Assembly: GCA_051362555.1 (NCBI GenBank)
Contig: CM120646.1
Span: 11,904,001-11,968,000, forward strand
Direction: 5' to 3'
Source of the DNA: Lingula anatina
Lineage: Eukaryota; Animalia; Brachiopoda
DNA: 64,000 nt
This document shows, piece by piece, positions 10,422 to 38,500 of the stretch. A program made the translations under genes and the position numbers. The notes beneath the pieces were generated by a model. That model saw nothing but the letters and a program-made list of their open reading frames with translations. It was not told the origin of the DNA and did no database searches. Position 1 is the first letter of the stretch, and each line of letters opens with the position of its first letter.

Positions 10422-11792
10422 ATACAAACACTGCAATGGAAAATGATCAACGCAATGATTATTTGTTTATTAATTTCAAGAAAAAAAAAGAAAGAAGAAA
10501 GGATAGAAGGAAATAAGGAAAGAAAGAAAGAAAGGATAAGGAAAAAAGAAAAGAAAAATGTATTCCATTTTCTCATGTCAGATCGCTTCATCCTCCTCAA
10601 ACAATAACTTACAGGCCTATTGCTAATAGTTGTTAACTTATAAAACAGAAAAAAAAGCTTTTTTCTAATTGACCCTTTGAAAACATCTGACACATGATTT
10701 TTACTGAAGCCTATTTTGTAGACTTGTAAAGAGTCTTTTTTTTTTTTTTTTTTGCATTTTTTCAGATTTTATACAAAGTTTTAAAAATGTAGGTAGTTGA
10801 CGTTAGCAGAAATTAGGGGGTGGCGTTATAATTTTCATATTTTGGTGGGTTTTAATGGGTAAGCTGAAGGTTAGGGATTGTCAGCTTATATTGTAGTTTT
10901 TTATTTATTTTTTTATTTTTATTTTATTTATTAATTGTCTCAGAATAGACATCGAATGGTAAAAGTGTGAAGTCAAGTATTTTGTTTCAGATTTAATTAA
11001 AATATATTTTCATTTGCAAAGCATACAACAGGTACATTTTTATTTAAAATTTGACGTTTATTTGTTTACAATAATTCACCCGTGGCGATATAAACAGTTA
11101 TGTCAATAGACCTAAATGCATGTATGCATGGTTAGGTTAGCTGGATTTGGAATATAGGCCTAGGTCTGTTTACATCTTTTAATCGCGTTTAATTGAAGCA
11201 TTTGTGAATTTGAAATTCAGCATTAGCTTTGTCAGGAAATATACATTTTGGTCAAATAGAAAAATAGATCTAAGACAGGTCTTTAGACGGGGCATTATAA
11301 AATTAATAAAGAAAAAATGTGACGCACGCTCTTGCATTAGGCACTGAGTAGGCTAAATAGGCCCCCTCGAATCGATAAAGAACAAATAATTGCATCGGCT
11401 AAATAAGATTCAGCTTCCAAATGTATTTTTAGCTATAATGTAAGAACCCTTACGCTGATTTGTATAAACTAGAAGTCTACAGCGGGATAAAATGTAGGGC
11501 CTACGTATTTACGCAGCTTTTACTAGAACACAATCACGTACAAGCACTACTACCACATTCCGGGACGTTTCACCAAACATGTGCGTGCGGATTTATAATA
11601 CAACTTATCAGGTAACATTAAGTCTTTAAGTTGATAAAATATCCCATTAGTTTTTAAAAAATTGATACAAAATGTATTGAACATGACCTTGTGTATGTTA
11701 GAAATTGAATTAATCACAAGGATAGATTTTGTTAGAGATTTTTCTGGAACTAATTTTTGTGTATATACATCCGTTTTTACTGCAGTGCGGTA

Positions 11793-11808
11793 ACCACTTC
11801 CGATCAAC

Positions 11809-11816
<8 letters not shown>
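11793..11816 (+). promoter_or_regulatory. ETS-like (ACTTCCG) and YY1-like (CAACATGGCGG) motifs at the SMARCC start
   Basis: Direct read in a CpG-containing upstream patch; typical of housekeeping promoters. Confidence 0.4.
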
Positions 11817-25875
<14,059 letters not shown>

Positions 25876-26750
25876 TAGAATGGTGAAACGTGAATTTATA
25901 CTTACTAGAGGCTTGCCATACCAAACATAATGGAAACCTATACACTATGCACCTGCGTTATCAGATAGAACTTTCCACACATTATGGGTACATTGCTCAG
26001 TTGTGAACAAGAAGTAATACAAATTGCTGTCACTGTGCCACGCCTTACAGAATTTAAGTAGCTGCTCCAGTTCTTCTCTACAGACAATTTGTCTTAATTG
26101 TCATAACTTGACTGCAAATAATTCATACTTTAGTGTATAACTGAGATAACAAATGTCACAGCCATTGCGCTGTATTGTCACAAGTAATGCAACTATAACA
26201 AAGCTGAACATGCCAATAGTGTGCTCTCACAACCTGCCCCACAGTACCATGGACTGTAGATGGCAGCAGTATCTGAGGTATTAATACAAGCCCAATCAGT
26301 GTCATGAAAGAAACAATAGGTGTGCATCATCCATGCCCTCACAGGAAGTTCCTAAGGTAGGGGGGAGCGTTATCGTCAAGAAGTCTAGGCTTTTTCATCA
26401 CAGTTGTTCTGTATTTCATTTAAAAGCCTGTCCACAAAAAAAAAATGAATAGAAATATCTGTTGACTTTGGTGAGCATTGTGGAATTTTTCCCTAAAAGA
26501 ACAACTTGGATGTGAATGTGTGTTGGCAGATGTGAATCTAGTTAACCCTCATTATTTGTCGAACTCTTAACTTCTAACAAATGAATTAATGCCTCTGTAT
26601 TGAATATCAGTTCCATTGCACACAAAAACAAGAAAATCCATTGTATGTGATTGTAAGTTGTTCTTCCTTAAAGAAGTCTTGTTAACTTCATGACACAATT
26701 TAATAGAGCTATGATCATGAGTGGCAGCAAAGCACAGCAAGATTATGTAT

Positions 26751-26868
26751 AGGTGACAGCAGCTAGTAATGGGCTCTTCTGATAAGTAGGTGGCAGCACA
26801 GTAATGGGCTCTTCTGATATGTAGGTGGCAGCACAGTAATGGGCTCTTCTGATATGTAGGTGGCAGCA
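26751..26868 (+). repeat. 35-bp minisatellite (~3.3 copies) in probable SMARCC 3'UTR
   Basis: Unit AGGTGGCAGCACAGTAATGGGCTCTTCTGATATGT. Confidence 0.85.
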
Positions 26869-27469
26869 TTGTGTGGAGATGCCTCTATGGGAAAAATTAA
26901 AACAACAATATTTCTACCACTGCTCCAACCACCAAGGAGAGAAAAAAAGGATCAACTTTTCTTTAAAATTGGCCTGAGGAAATTTTCTCAATTGCTTTCG
27001 TCATATTCTCAGTTGAGAAGATGTGAATGTTGTCATATTTTTGTATTACTGTATTCATTCTGACTTAGGGTAGTTTTAGGTGCTAATGATAGTCACTAGT
27101 GTCTATGTCTTGTAAAATATAAATGCCATTAGTTATGTAACATTTGTGTTCGGGATGATCAATAAGACTTGATAGAAATGTTTGTCAATAAGTACATTTT
27201 TACCCAAAGTACCACAGAATGGTACAACTTTTGTATGTAGATACATAGAATTATTATCTATAAAATAAACTGGTAACGTACAAGATTTGTGATATTTTTC
27301 AGTTTTGTCTCTCTCTTTTTCTTGTTGTCTGTTTGAAATTAACATAATTGTGTATTTTAATGAGAAAAGACTGCAATGATATGTAGTTTGACTTGGGGGT
27401 GAAAATTTTGATTTTTAAACCGTGAGTGCAATGATCTATCAGCATACCTCAGTTCTCAATATTAATTAA

Positions 27470-27610
27470 GATTAATTTATGGATCACCAACAAAATCTAA
27501 TGTATTCTTAGTAAGCCCATTTCGGACAAATCCAGAAATTTAAATCAAAATCTGCCCTTTTTTTACTAACAACAAAGGCAATAACATAAACACCCCAGCA
27601 AAGAGAATAA
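27470..27610 (-). mobile_element. Degenerate HINE-like fragment, opposite orientation to 4995-5238
   Basis: GGATCACCAACAAAATCTAAT..CCCATTTC..GAAATTTAAATCAAAATC..AACATAA resembles the reverse complement of the element core at 5015-5160. Confidence 0.55.
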
Positions 27611-30600
27611 AATGAAAGGATTTTTTGAAAGAAAATGCAAAAGAAAAAATTTGCATGTCCCCCAAAATGTGTGTTAATAAAGCACCTGTAAACTAAATTC
27701 GATTGCAGAGAGTGCTTTGAAAAAAAATGACAGCTGGTTCAAAATTAGATAAAAATAAATGTGCATGTCTCTCCATGTCCATTTGTTTCAAGTGAACTGC
27801 AAGATTACAGTGTCATTCACAAATATTAAGGTCCATTAAGACCATTAACTATACGTGGCCTTCTATGGGACTAGAGAATCTAGATTACTGGTTGCACCTG
27901 GTTTGTGATAAGGGTGAAAAAATTAAAATAAATTCAGCCCTGATCCTCATGATAATAATAATACTTAATAGCCATCCTTGGATAATTCTTTTGTGCAGTA
28001 AATATCACTATCATCATGCAAACAGGCAATGGCACTACTGTAGTTACTCTTTTCTCCAATAGATGTCACTGTCGTTGGCTTTAATTGGGGTTTCACTGGG
28101 TTTCACTAGTTTCTCTAGAGAACTTGTCAGGCTTCACCTGTCCACAAAGAGCTGCTGAGAATATTACATAATCGTCCATTTGCAGATTGACTGTAGACTA
28201 GGGCTGCACCATGTCTTGTCAGTAAGCATAAAACAGAAATTGCCTTATTGACCAGTGTTTTTTGTTGCCGCAATGACCAAAAAAAAAAATTCTAAAAATA
28301 ACTGGACTTCTGCCAATAGTTTAGCCTCTACATCTTAGTGATATGACTATATTTTTTTGCAGTTTTTTCTTTTATTACTATCATAATTATTCTTTTGTTT
28401 ATATTTTTTGGTATAATAAACAAATAATTTTTTTTTTTTTTCAGAAAAAGTTATCTGGAATATCTTTTAAACATGATTACAGGTTTTTTAAACATTATAA
28501 AGAAAATATTTTTAGGGCACTGAAGATGTAAGACAAAAACAAGAAAATATGTTATGGAATAAATACCCCATAAATTACATAAGAAACTGTGTAACAGCCA
28601 CAGCAAAGTAGACTTATTAGTTATCAAAGAGAACTTTTGTGTGATTCAAGCTGCCTTAATATATATATATATATATATTTTTTTTTTTTTTGCTTTAGCT
28701 TATGTCCAAGGGGTCTTTTCTTATCACAAAAATGTTTTCTTCTCTTATGAAAATGCTGCTTTAGAGGTGTTAACAAGAGATGAAACTGTAAGATTTGCAT
28801 GAGATATTTCAATTATTTTCAACCTATAACAAATCAAAATGCAGCTAGTATTATCAGAGTTTGGGGGGGGGGGGGGGGCAGGCAACAAGGTAGCCTATAG
28901 CAGTAGGTAAAGAGATGAACATTCTTTAAGAGCTCAGCAATTTTTTTACTGCCTTCACATTTGCACCCACTGTCCCTTAGGTAACCATTCATAGAGGAAA
29001 CTTCACAAATAATTCAAGCTATGAATAATAGAGGCTGGCCAGGTATGATAACAGCTTGGCTTGTCCACCCGTATGACAGGTGGCTGAAGAGAAGAGGTCC
29101 AGCCATAAAATGACCCGTATATTGCTACAGAAAAATCTTCCCCATTCTTGGCCTACCCAGGTGACTCACTAATTGCAACAGTTAGGTTACTGTGTTATTT
29201 TTTATTTCCAGTTAATTTAAGGAGTGTTTTTATAAGGGATCCATTTGTGTGTGTGTGTTTTTTCCCCTGGTTATATTCTTATGTTCTTTTGGTCCATATA
29301 AACACAATCGACATTTTTTTTTTTTTTATGAAATGAGGTTTCCATTTTACAATTATATGTGACAGTTATGCTTGAAAAAAATTGTTTTCTCCTCCTGCAA
29401 TTTTTACAGATCTAGTTAAAATGTGCTACATGTGTAAGTTCTTGTTGTTGTTTTTTTAAGGAAGGTGATGTTTTCATGGATAAAAATATGCCTAACTGAC
29501 GTAGCATCTAAACAAATTTAAACAATGTAACTTTGCTGAGCAATCAGTGCATAATTGATCACATTGTCACTGTGGTATTGAAAGTTGTGACTGACAAGTA
29601 AAATTTTTCCTATGAAAAGACAATATTGTATAGTTTCTTTGTGTTAACAAAGTATGAAAACACAAAGAAGATATATCATTGTTAAACTGGTGGACAATTT
29701 GAAAGAGACCATGTTCATGTTTTAGTTATAGGTTATTCGATCTAATTTCGATATTTCTATATTAAATGAATTGTACCATGCCAAGACATAAAATGTTAAT
29801 ACTATAATGACTATTTATTATTTAGAGATATGAGACTGTCTGAAGTTTAATTTGACTTTGATTAGATTTATTGTTTATTGCAGTTTTTTATTGAAATAAA
29901 GTTATTTTTTAGATAAAACGAAACGGGTCAATGAAATGGGATGGGGGGGGGAGTGCTTACAAGTTTGGTATCACGATTTTTTATCACCCTAACTGAATAA
30001 CTTCGAGAAATGGATTCTCAATTGAAGGAAAAAGGGAAAAAATTAACATTTAATGTCCTTTCCCCAAGAATTACATAACGAACAGCTGTCTCTAAATACT
30101 AACTCTTGTCTGGCTTGTTAAATATAGCTCATCTCCATTGAAAGGTCAACTTTTTCACTGTGAATATGAATAGCTCCCGTACTTGGTATCTGCGGGGGAA
30201 AATAAAAGGAAATATACAATTCCATTATTCACTGCAGCACTTTCAGCAGCACAGATGAGGATTATGTTTACACTGTGTTCATTGAATCTGGTGATATTAC
30301 ACCCGCGATTTCAACGGGACAGAGTCGGAGATAAAAGAATCCCTTTCACAAAACTATGCAAGCCATTCCAACATGGGCCCCATCCCCTCTAACAGTGACA
30401 CTGATGATGAAAATGATTGATGTGTTCTACGCGGTTGTGTAATCGGAAGGGAGCTTTAGATGGGGCTGGAAAGGGGGGTGGTACCTGGGCACTGACACTA
30501 GCTTCAAGATTGCATAGGAAGTGTTCCCAAAATAAAGTAGGAAATTTCTGGTATTGTTTATAACAAGTTAAGTAGGTCTTTTTTCCCCCCATCTCTTTGC

Positions 30601-32514
30601 AATTTTTGAAAATCTGTTGGAAGACAGTGTATTTGGATAAATGGATCCTTTCAAATTAACAGGCCCTGATAACTGTAATATTAGTTTTGAATTTTAAACG
30701 CCAGGTTTTCTTAGTTTTGAATTTTAAACATCAGGTTTTTTTACTTATTAATTTATCTATTTATTTATCTATTGATTAATTAATTTATTTATTTTGTTTG
30801 AATGTAATTATGAGATAAATACAGTATGGTCGATTTAGTAACCAAGATTAATTTAGGGATGCTGACCAAAGCTCCATTATATCATAGTCAGTAAGTTACA
30901 CCTTACTTGATGAGGTGTAGTTAGAAGGCCTTCAGCATGGATTGCCTTGACTTCATAGATTGATTTAGAAAGCAAATAAGTAGATTTTATTACATTCTTC
31001 TCATAAATGTAAGAAAAGATTGGATGATCACTGTATATTTACTTCATAAGGAGCTAGGTCTTTGATAAATGTGAGAGTTAGACTTATATAATCGTCATTT
31101 TCTGGAGTTTATGATTTATTTCGCAAACTATTTATTTAGTAGAGAAGAAAAAATCAGCTGTGTTATGTCACTGTTATGTTTATTATGTTATAAGAACAAA
31201 GTAGTACTGTTTTCTTTAAACAACAGCTTATGTTGAAATTGTTTACTTCCAATATTTCAATTAGCTAATGAAAATGCTCTAGACAGACATCAAGATATTG
31301 TAGGTAAACAATTTCTGAATTAGCTGCTGATTGAAGAAAAAATACTTCGTTATTGGTATTTTCCTTCTTTGTTTAGTTTAAAGCCTTCTTCCATGTTAAC
31401 TGCATGTTTAAGTTCATACTAGCATGAGGCATTCTAGAAGTGCTTTAGATATAACATCTTTGTTACACAATAATAGATGCAGACAATATTTATGGCCAAT
31501 TTATAATTGATTTCATCAAAATGAGAAAAGAAAGAAACAAGGCAATTATACAGCTAAAATGGTCCCCATTAATTGTGAATCTCACCATTTTTGAATAAGA
31601 TAAAAATGTACTTTAAAATGTACTTTAAAATTATTGAAATTTCCAGGTAAATTATTATTTTTTTGCTATTTGATAGTCTAATAATCATTGTATGAGGGTG
31701 TCAGCTAATTGTGCTTTTAAACGACAATGTGGGTGTTTGTTTTTTATTGATTTTTTAGTGCTTAACAGCACTATAAATCTATGAAATATGAGCGGAGCTT
31801 GACAAAACAAATAAATTACTTTGGGGTTGTTTGTCAAGTGTTATCAAGTATTTCATTTTCCCACTTACTGTTAATACTCTGCAAGAGGTGAACTGACCTG
31901 GAAAATTGCTAAATTTTCATTCTTTCAATGCTATAGTGTGTTTCCTACAGAATTGTCATATTTTCAGGATTTTTTCACATAGAATTAACTTTCATATCAC
32001 AAACTTGTTTAATGGTTATTAAACCCTGTTAAAATTTTATTGGGATGAAAAATGCAAATTATGATTTATTGATACAGTTAAATGGTCACCAGCATTGTTG
32101 AAAGTGCAACTGTTGAATTATCTATAAAATGTTATGAAAGCAAACTTGTGATAGAGAGAGGATGAAAATAAAGATTTTTTTGTCAGTCATCAATTCTAGT
32201 GCTGGCTAAAGTTCTTTTTTTATATATATAAATTCTGAATTTTAGAATTTCTTGGCATTTGTTTAATTGCTATAATTTATCATGGGAAAATTAATCACAG
32301 CTCTTTGGGAATAGAAACTCCTAGTAAATTTTTAAATGGTCATTAGGTCTAGATCAATAGTTGCTGAGAAGCCAATTCACCTAAGGCAGGTAGAAGCACA
32401 GGAATAATTTAAAAAGGAATTGAAAACATATTTTACATAATGAAACTGAAATCTTAGATTTCTTACTTTAAGTTGCTGTTTAGTAGTCATACTTTAAATT
32501 ATATATATATCTTT

Positions 32515-32519
<5 letters not shown>

Positions 32520-32567
<48 letters not shown>
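32520..32567. repeat. (TA)n microsatellite
   Basis: Direct read. Confidence 0.95.
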
Positions 32568-32570
<3 letters not shown>

Positions 32571-35500
32571 TCATTTTTGTCAATAGACTTTTATTAATTT
32601 TATGTTGTACAGTCTACTGAACCTATTTAAACTCACGGTAAATATATTATTATTCAATACACTGGCATTATCAGTTGGCAAACTAACTAGCTGGTGGGCT
32701 AATTTTGATTTGTATGTCTGTGGCTGGCTGTCTGTCTGTCCTATGTCCATTATAAATTCTCTGTTTATTTATTAAAATAATATTGTACATGGATTTTGAG
32801 ATTGTAAATTGAAGCAATTTTTGGAGGAGGAGCATGACCAGGGTAAACCCTAACCTGGCATTGGATATAAAGTTAAAAATGCTTAATGTGACTATCCAAG
32901 GTACTACTCAGTGACTATTTGGTGACTATTCATAGCCACTACCTTAAACAACTACAGATAAAGCATGTACCAGGGTATTCAGTGGAGATAATCAACAGCA
33001 TGGGCAGTTATTTGGTAGGGGAGGACATGATAATGGACAATTGATGCCACAGATTAATATCTTGTTTATATTGGTGAAGCCTTAGATCCCCATAGGGTCA
33101 TGTCAAGTGGATTGGTATGATGAGAATTAGATGCGTTTTCTAATGTATAAATTAAATAAGTGCAACTTAAATTTTTGTTTGTGACCTTGTGTGGAATTCA
33201 CTAATGTGAAAGGTGAAAATAGGAAAATGAGGAGGTACTGAAAAGTAATCTTGGCCATCATGATAAAATGTGTCATGAAGTCATGAAATATTTATTTCTT
33301 CTTCTTTTTTTGTTTTTCATTCTGATAAGTAAAGGTATGAACTGGTAGGTATTAATTCTTTCAAATGTTCATTGTCTAACGTCTGCTCTTTTTTTAGTCA
33401 CAAAAGCTCATAATTTTTTAATAACTTGTTTTCTCACTTTTCTGGGGTATGCTAGACATTTACCTTTTTAATCATAAGGTAACTGAAGGTGCATGGGCTT
33501 TATAAGGCTTTTACAGAACCCTTGTTTTGAAATATAAATATCACCCAAAGGTAGTAAATAGAAACCACTGGAAGGAAAATGGTAAGGGAAAACTGGTTTT
33601 GATATTTTGATAGATTCCAGTGAACAAATAAAGAATTCCTTATTAATGTTTTGTTGTTGTTTTTTTATTAAATTAAAGAAAGCAACCCTTTAAAATCAAT
33701 GCATATATATAGCCATTTCTTCTCCTTGTATAATTTTATAGACCATCGGTATTACATATGTATTTTAAATTTCTTTTGATAATTTTTATGTTGAGCATAA
33801 TATAGATGGTACTTCATTTTAGAGATAATTGAATAAGTACTTCTATATATGACTTGCAAAGTAGCAAGGTTAAATGTTTCTGCTTGTTTTCAGCAGAGAG
33901 TAATCCACTGCCTTGCGGTAATGACCCATATTAGTTGTCATGGTCCACAATTATTTTGATTTGCAAAATTAACGTTGAAAATTGACCAGGGAAATTGTGG
34001 TATTTTAGTAATGGGCTCTTCTTGCAGGTAGTGTTATATGGAGAATTCCCAGAATCCTCCTGTGATCAGAATTTCAATTTACTTATGAATTTGCTTGCAT
34101 GGATGCATGTGAGATAAGGTTTAAATTTTCAAATGCAATCTTTTAATAAGCATGTTTTTTACCTTTGGGAACCCGCACTTTACATATCAAATGGGTAGGA
34201 TGCAACAATAAAATATCTCTTACAGAGTAATTTATAAAAGATGGAGGTTAATGTAAAAGTGTTATTCGATTTTATGGTCACATGTTTATCTCCATTTAGA
34301 AACTGCTTGTTTTGAAGATGGATTTAAAGAGGCTATATGAGTTAAGTTAAAGCTTGCAAAATAAATATGGCTAAGTGATTTTAGCATTGGAGAGGTTTTT
34401 ATTTGGGGACCTAAATTTGTATTGTAGTTGATTGGAAAAAGTGTTTTGTTCTTGATTTTTGTTTGTTTTACGTATAAGTGATTAACAAGAAATGTATAAA
34501 ACTTAATTTAATTTAATTTCATAATATTATGATAGATTTGTTTAATATTTTTCCTTAGATCTGGCCAGCTAATTATAGATTTTACTTTTATTTAAAATTT
34601 GTCTAAAGGTGAAAGTTACTCACAGCTCTTTGGGAATAATATACACTACTATTATTTTTTAATGATCATTTATTCTAGATGTGTCTGTTTGTGGTATATT
34701 GAAGAAGTCAGTCAGTTTAATAGTACTGACTATTAATAGTACATAAAATGGGTAAAATAATCTACATGCAACAACAACAACAGACGAAATTAAACTTATC
34801 AAAAACAATAAATATTGAATAGAGGGCACTTTTTTGTTTAAAACTACTTAAATGAAATCCCCTCAATCATTCTGAAAGGTGAATCTGGTGAATCATCATT
34901 ACCATGCTAAAAAAGCCTGTTGAACAGTGACAGGGACAGAGATTGATGAATAAAAAAAAAAAAAAGCTGGCAAGACCTGGGCAGGTAAAGAGGTCAAAAA
35001 TACCTAATGGTCAGTTAGCATGACCGTTGGTTTAAGATGATCAATGGACAAAGGTTATGTGGACCTCATAAGGAGTAGTGGACAAGCATCTCTTTGTTTT
35101 CTTCAAATCAACCTCTTTGACACATGGGCATGGATGGTGTGGTTGGATATTATTTACTGGATCCATTAAGTCTAAGCCTCCACCAGTGTTACTCCTTTTT
35201 TTGTTTGTTTGTTTGTTTAATGAACACCTTTTCATCTTAAAAAAAATGTTTATATAGAAATTGTGATCCCAAGATGAACATCAGGAACACCGATTAAAAT
35301 GGCTGCTATCAATTAACTGTAACAACTTATTTTGAAATTAATAACAATTTGTACATTTACCATACTTGAATATCATGGTTATCTTGGTTTTGTTATTTTT
35401 CATTATTATTGTAGTCAGGTATAGGGAATTCTTTCAGGAATATAACTGAATTTTACAATGGTCTTGTATAATGGTAAAATCGCCAAAGATAATAATCCCA

Positions 35501-38500
35501 ATGTCTTATATCATTAGTGCCCGATGTCTAATCAAGAAAGCATAGTCTGACCAATTATTTTTGTTTTTTATTGATTATTACTTACTAGTTACACATATCT
35601 GAGAACTTTTAAGAATGCTAATAAATGGCTGCAATGTGTTTGCATGTTGAAAACCAATTTGTTGAATGAGAGCTTGTGATTCCAACAGTTTCAAGCAAAA
35701 ATGTGGCGTGAATAACAATTTTAAGGGTCACAGAATAAGAACATGTTGATTGTTGAATTTTTTGTTGGTAGAAATTCTTTATTTGGATTTTTTGACTGCA
35801 TCTGTCCTAGACTCTTTTCCTATTATTGAATGAATTAATTTGCAGTTGTGCAGTTAATTTATTAATAATAATACATATATATACATCCACCAAATAATAT
35901 TTTCAAATTTCTCACTTGTTTTTATATTTCACTTCTTTTATTTTAAAGATGTATCATTTTAAGTTTCTTGCAAATATTTCCAACACAAAGTCAAGTACCT
36001 TTTCAAAACTTTAAACCTTAGTACTTAAATTTAGAAATCATCTTGAATGATTGTTTTGGTAATTGAAAAGTTCATATAATAGAGGGACATCGGACAGACT
36101 CTTTACTAACCTTTACCAACCTTTAATTCTCTTTGGTGAGGTTTTCTGTTTGTGTGTGTGTGTATGGTTATAAATGAAAACATAAATATTATTTTAAATT
36201 TATTATTTTTGTATCTTTCCTAGGACTGTTGGTCAAGCAAGGTACACAAAAACTTTTTTTTTTGTCATTCAGAATATATATTGTTTATTATTATTATATA
36301 TTTATTTATTACAACCATCCCCAGCATCTATTTCTTTTTTCCCATGTGTGTGTGGGCAGTGAACTTTCTCATCTTTGTGCCTTTTCTAGGACGATGGGTC
36401 ATAATGTAAGGCAAAAATCCACTTAATGTCATCTCTTATTACCTATCCAGAGTTCCATCTTGATCATAAAGAAACCCCAATAATCCTTATAAATCAGAGA
36501 TTCTCAGCTGGGGGAAGAAACAGGAGATTAAATCCTTTTCTGTGAGGAGTTGCATGGTGTCTGGTACAGCGGAATTATGTAACTTGGCCGTTAGAAAACC
36601 AGACAGTGTAATAGATGCAGGATTGATGACGGAATTGAACAAAAAAGCCAGTGGGTAGAAAATAATGGAAGAAAATAAGGAGAGAAAGCTATAAACAGCT
36701 GGAAGAAAAAAGTTAAAAGCTGTGGGTATCAGGGATGTTGTATAACTGGCCAGTTGTCCAATGACAGTTGAATGATCTGCCCACAGAATAGTTATGTAAC
36801 GGTGGTGATGACCAGTACTGTAAATGCTGAAATATTTGAAACATGTCGTGGACTTGCCGATTCTTATGGTGATCAGAGAGTGAAGGAAAAAAAACGGATT
36901 TAAATTAATAAAATTATGATTTTATGTAATGTGAGTAAAAGGCTAAATAGATATATTTCTGATTATTAAAATATATTTTTGTGTAGCATTTTTTGTGCTT
37001 TTTCTGCATAAAAAAATAACTTTAACAAAGCCTCCTTTTCAGTTTTGTTTTCATCACACAAGAATATTCCAATTTTAAGCGTTTATGAGTTGAAAAAATT
37101 CAGTGCCTGTAAAATTCACAATTTTCTCTATTGAAAAGATCATTTAATCTGTAGTATAATAATATTTTACAGGACTTTTCCACAAATTTTTAATTGGACA
37201 AACCTTGAAGAGTGATGAAAATATCTCTTTTTTTTTTTTTTTTTGGTGATTTCTTATGAATCTGTTGGAATTTATTCCTGAAAATACTTGAAATTTAATT
37301 GTATTTGGGAAAAGGAGAAAGATAAAAAAAAAAAAACATTATGATTTTAAAGAAAATAATAAATTTGTGAATGGAAAAAAAAATCAATTGATGTGTTATA
37401 CACTGTGAAAAAAGGCAATTGATCAGCAATCTAGCAGTAAAAAGGATGTGGATTCTAAACTTAAAAAAATGTAACTACAAATTCTGTGAAATTTGCAGTG
37501 TTCCATAATTTGCAAAGCTGTGCGCAGCTTTAAAAGTAATCACAGGGGCTTGATTTACAACTTACAGTCTTTGTTGGACATCCCCTTATTAGGAGAATTA
37601 TATCTGAGAGTGACCAGTGTTATAAACTGGAACTTTTGATGAGCCAACATTGATTGGAAGCTTAGAATGGCCAAATAAACCCTTAGAATAAAGTGACTGA
37701 CTGCCTCTGACTTACAAATAGACCTTATTATGAAAATGTCACTTTTGTTCAGAAATTGATCACACAAATTGCCACATGGGTTTTCACTGTCAGAATATGT
37801 AGCGGTCAGTTTCATAATGCGCATGAGTGACCAATTGTTTTTTTTTATTATGGAAAGAATTTTTTGCAAATTCTCAAATACTTTTGACTGAAAGAAATTT
37901 GTCTTAAACTGAATTACGACCTCTGCTCTTGTATATTTTCACCCCGATCATATACATATATATAAAGTATTCTTTGTTGAAATAGGCCAATTACATTGAG
38001 TTTGTCTTCAAATTTGACTGGTACATTCCACCATTTAATGTTTTACCATTAAATTCTTTTACTCTGAACTCCCTATTATTCAGCAGTTTTAACTTAAATC
38101 CTGACAAAATTTATTGCTGTCTATGAGTCATAATTTTTGTTTTTTTAATTCAGTCACATAAAACTTGGTTTCTTTGAAATAAAGGAATTGTGGTTTATCA
38201 AACTTGCATAGTTTGGATAAAATAATTACTAATTTTTAGAGATTTTTAAATATTGCGTTTCTGTCCTGTTACAGTTCATAATTTGTCTGTCATTTATGAT
38301 TCAGTACTATTTTAATCAATTCAATAATTTAGGCACCCTCTTCATTAATTATCTTACTTATGAAAATGTTGCAAGGGTTTTTTTTAAGTGAAAAACAGAG
38401 ATGTTTGTTTAAATTTAACTTAAAATGAAGATATTATTTTTTGTATAAATCTTACAGCCCAGGACAATACTTCTCCAGCAAGCTACATAATGTCTGAAAA

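Noticed and set aside
36556-36612. Hairpin with a partial miR-8/miR-200-like sequence (ACACTGTCTGGT on the minus strand)
   Set aside because: Only ~12 nt match, seed offset, and poor stem pairing.
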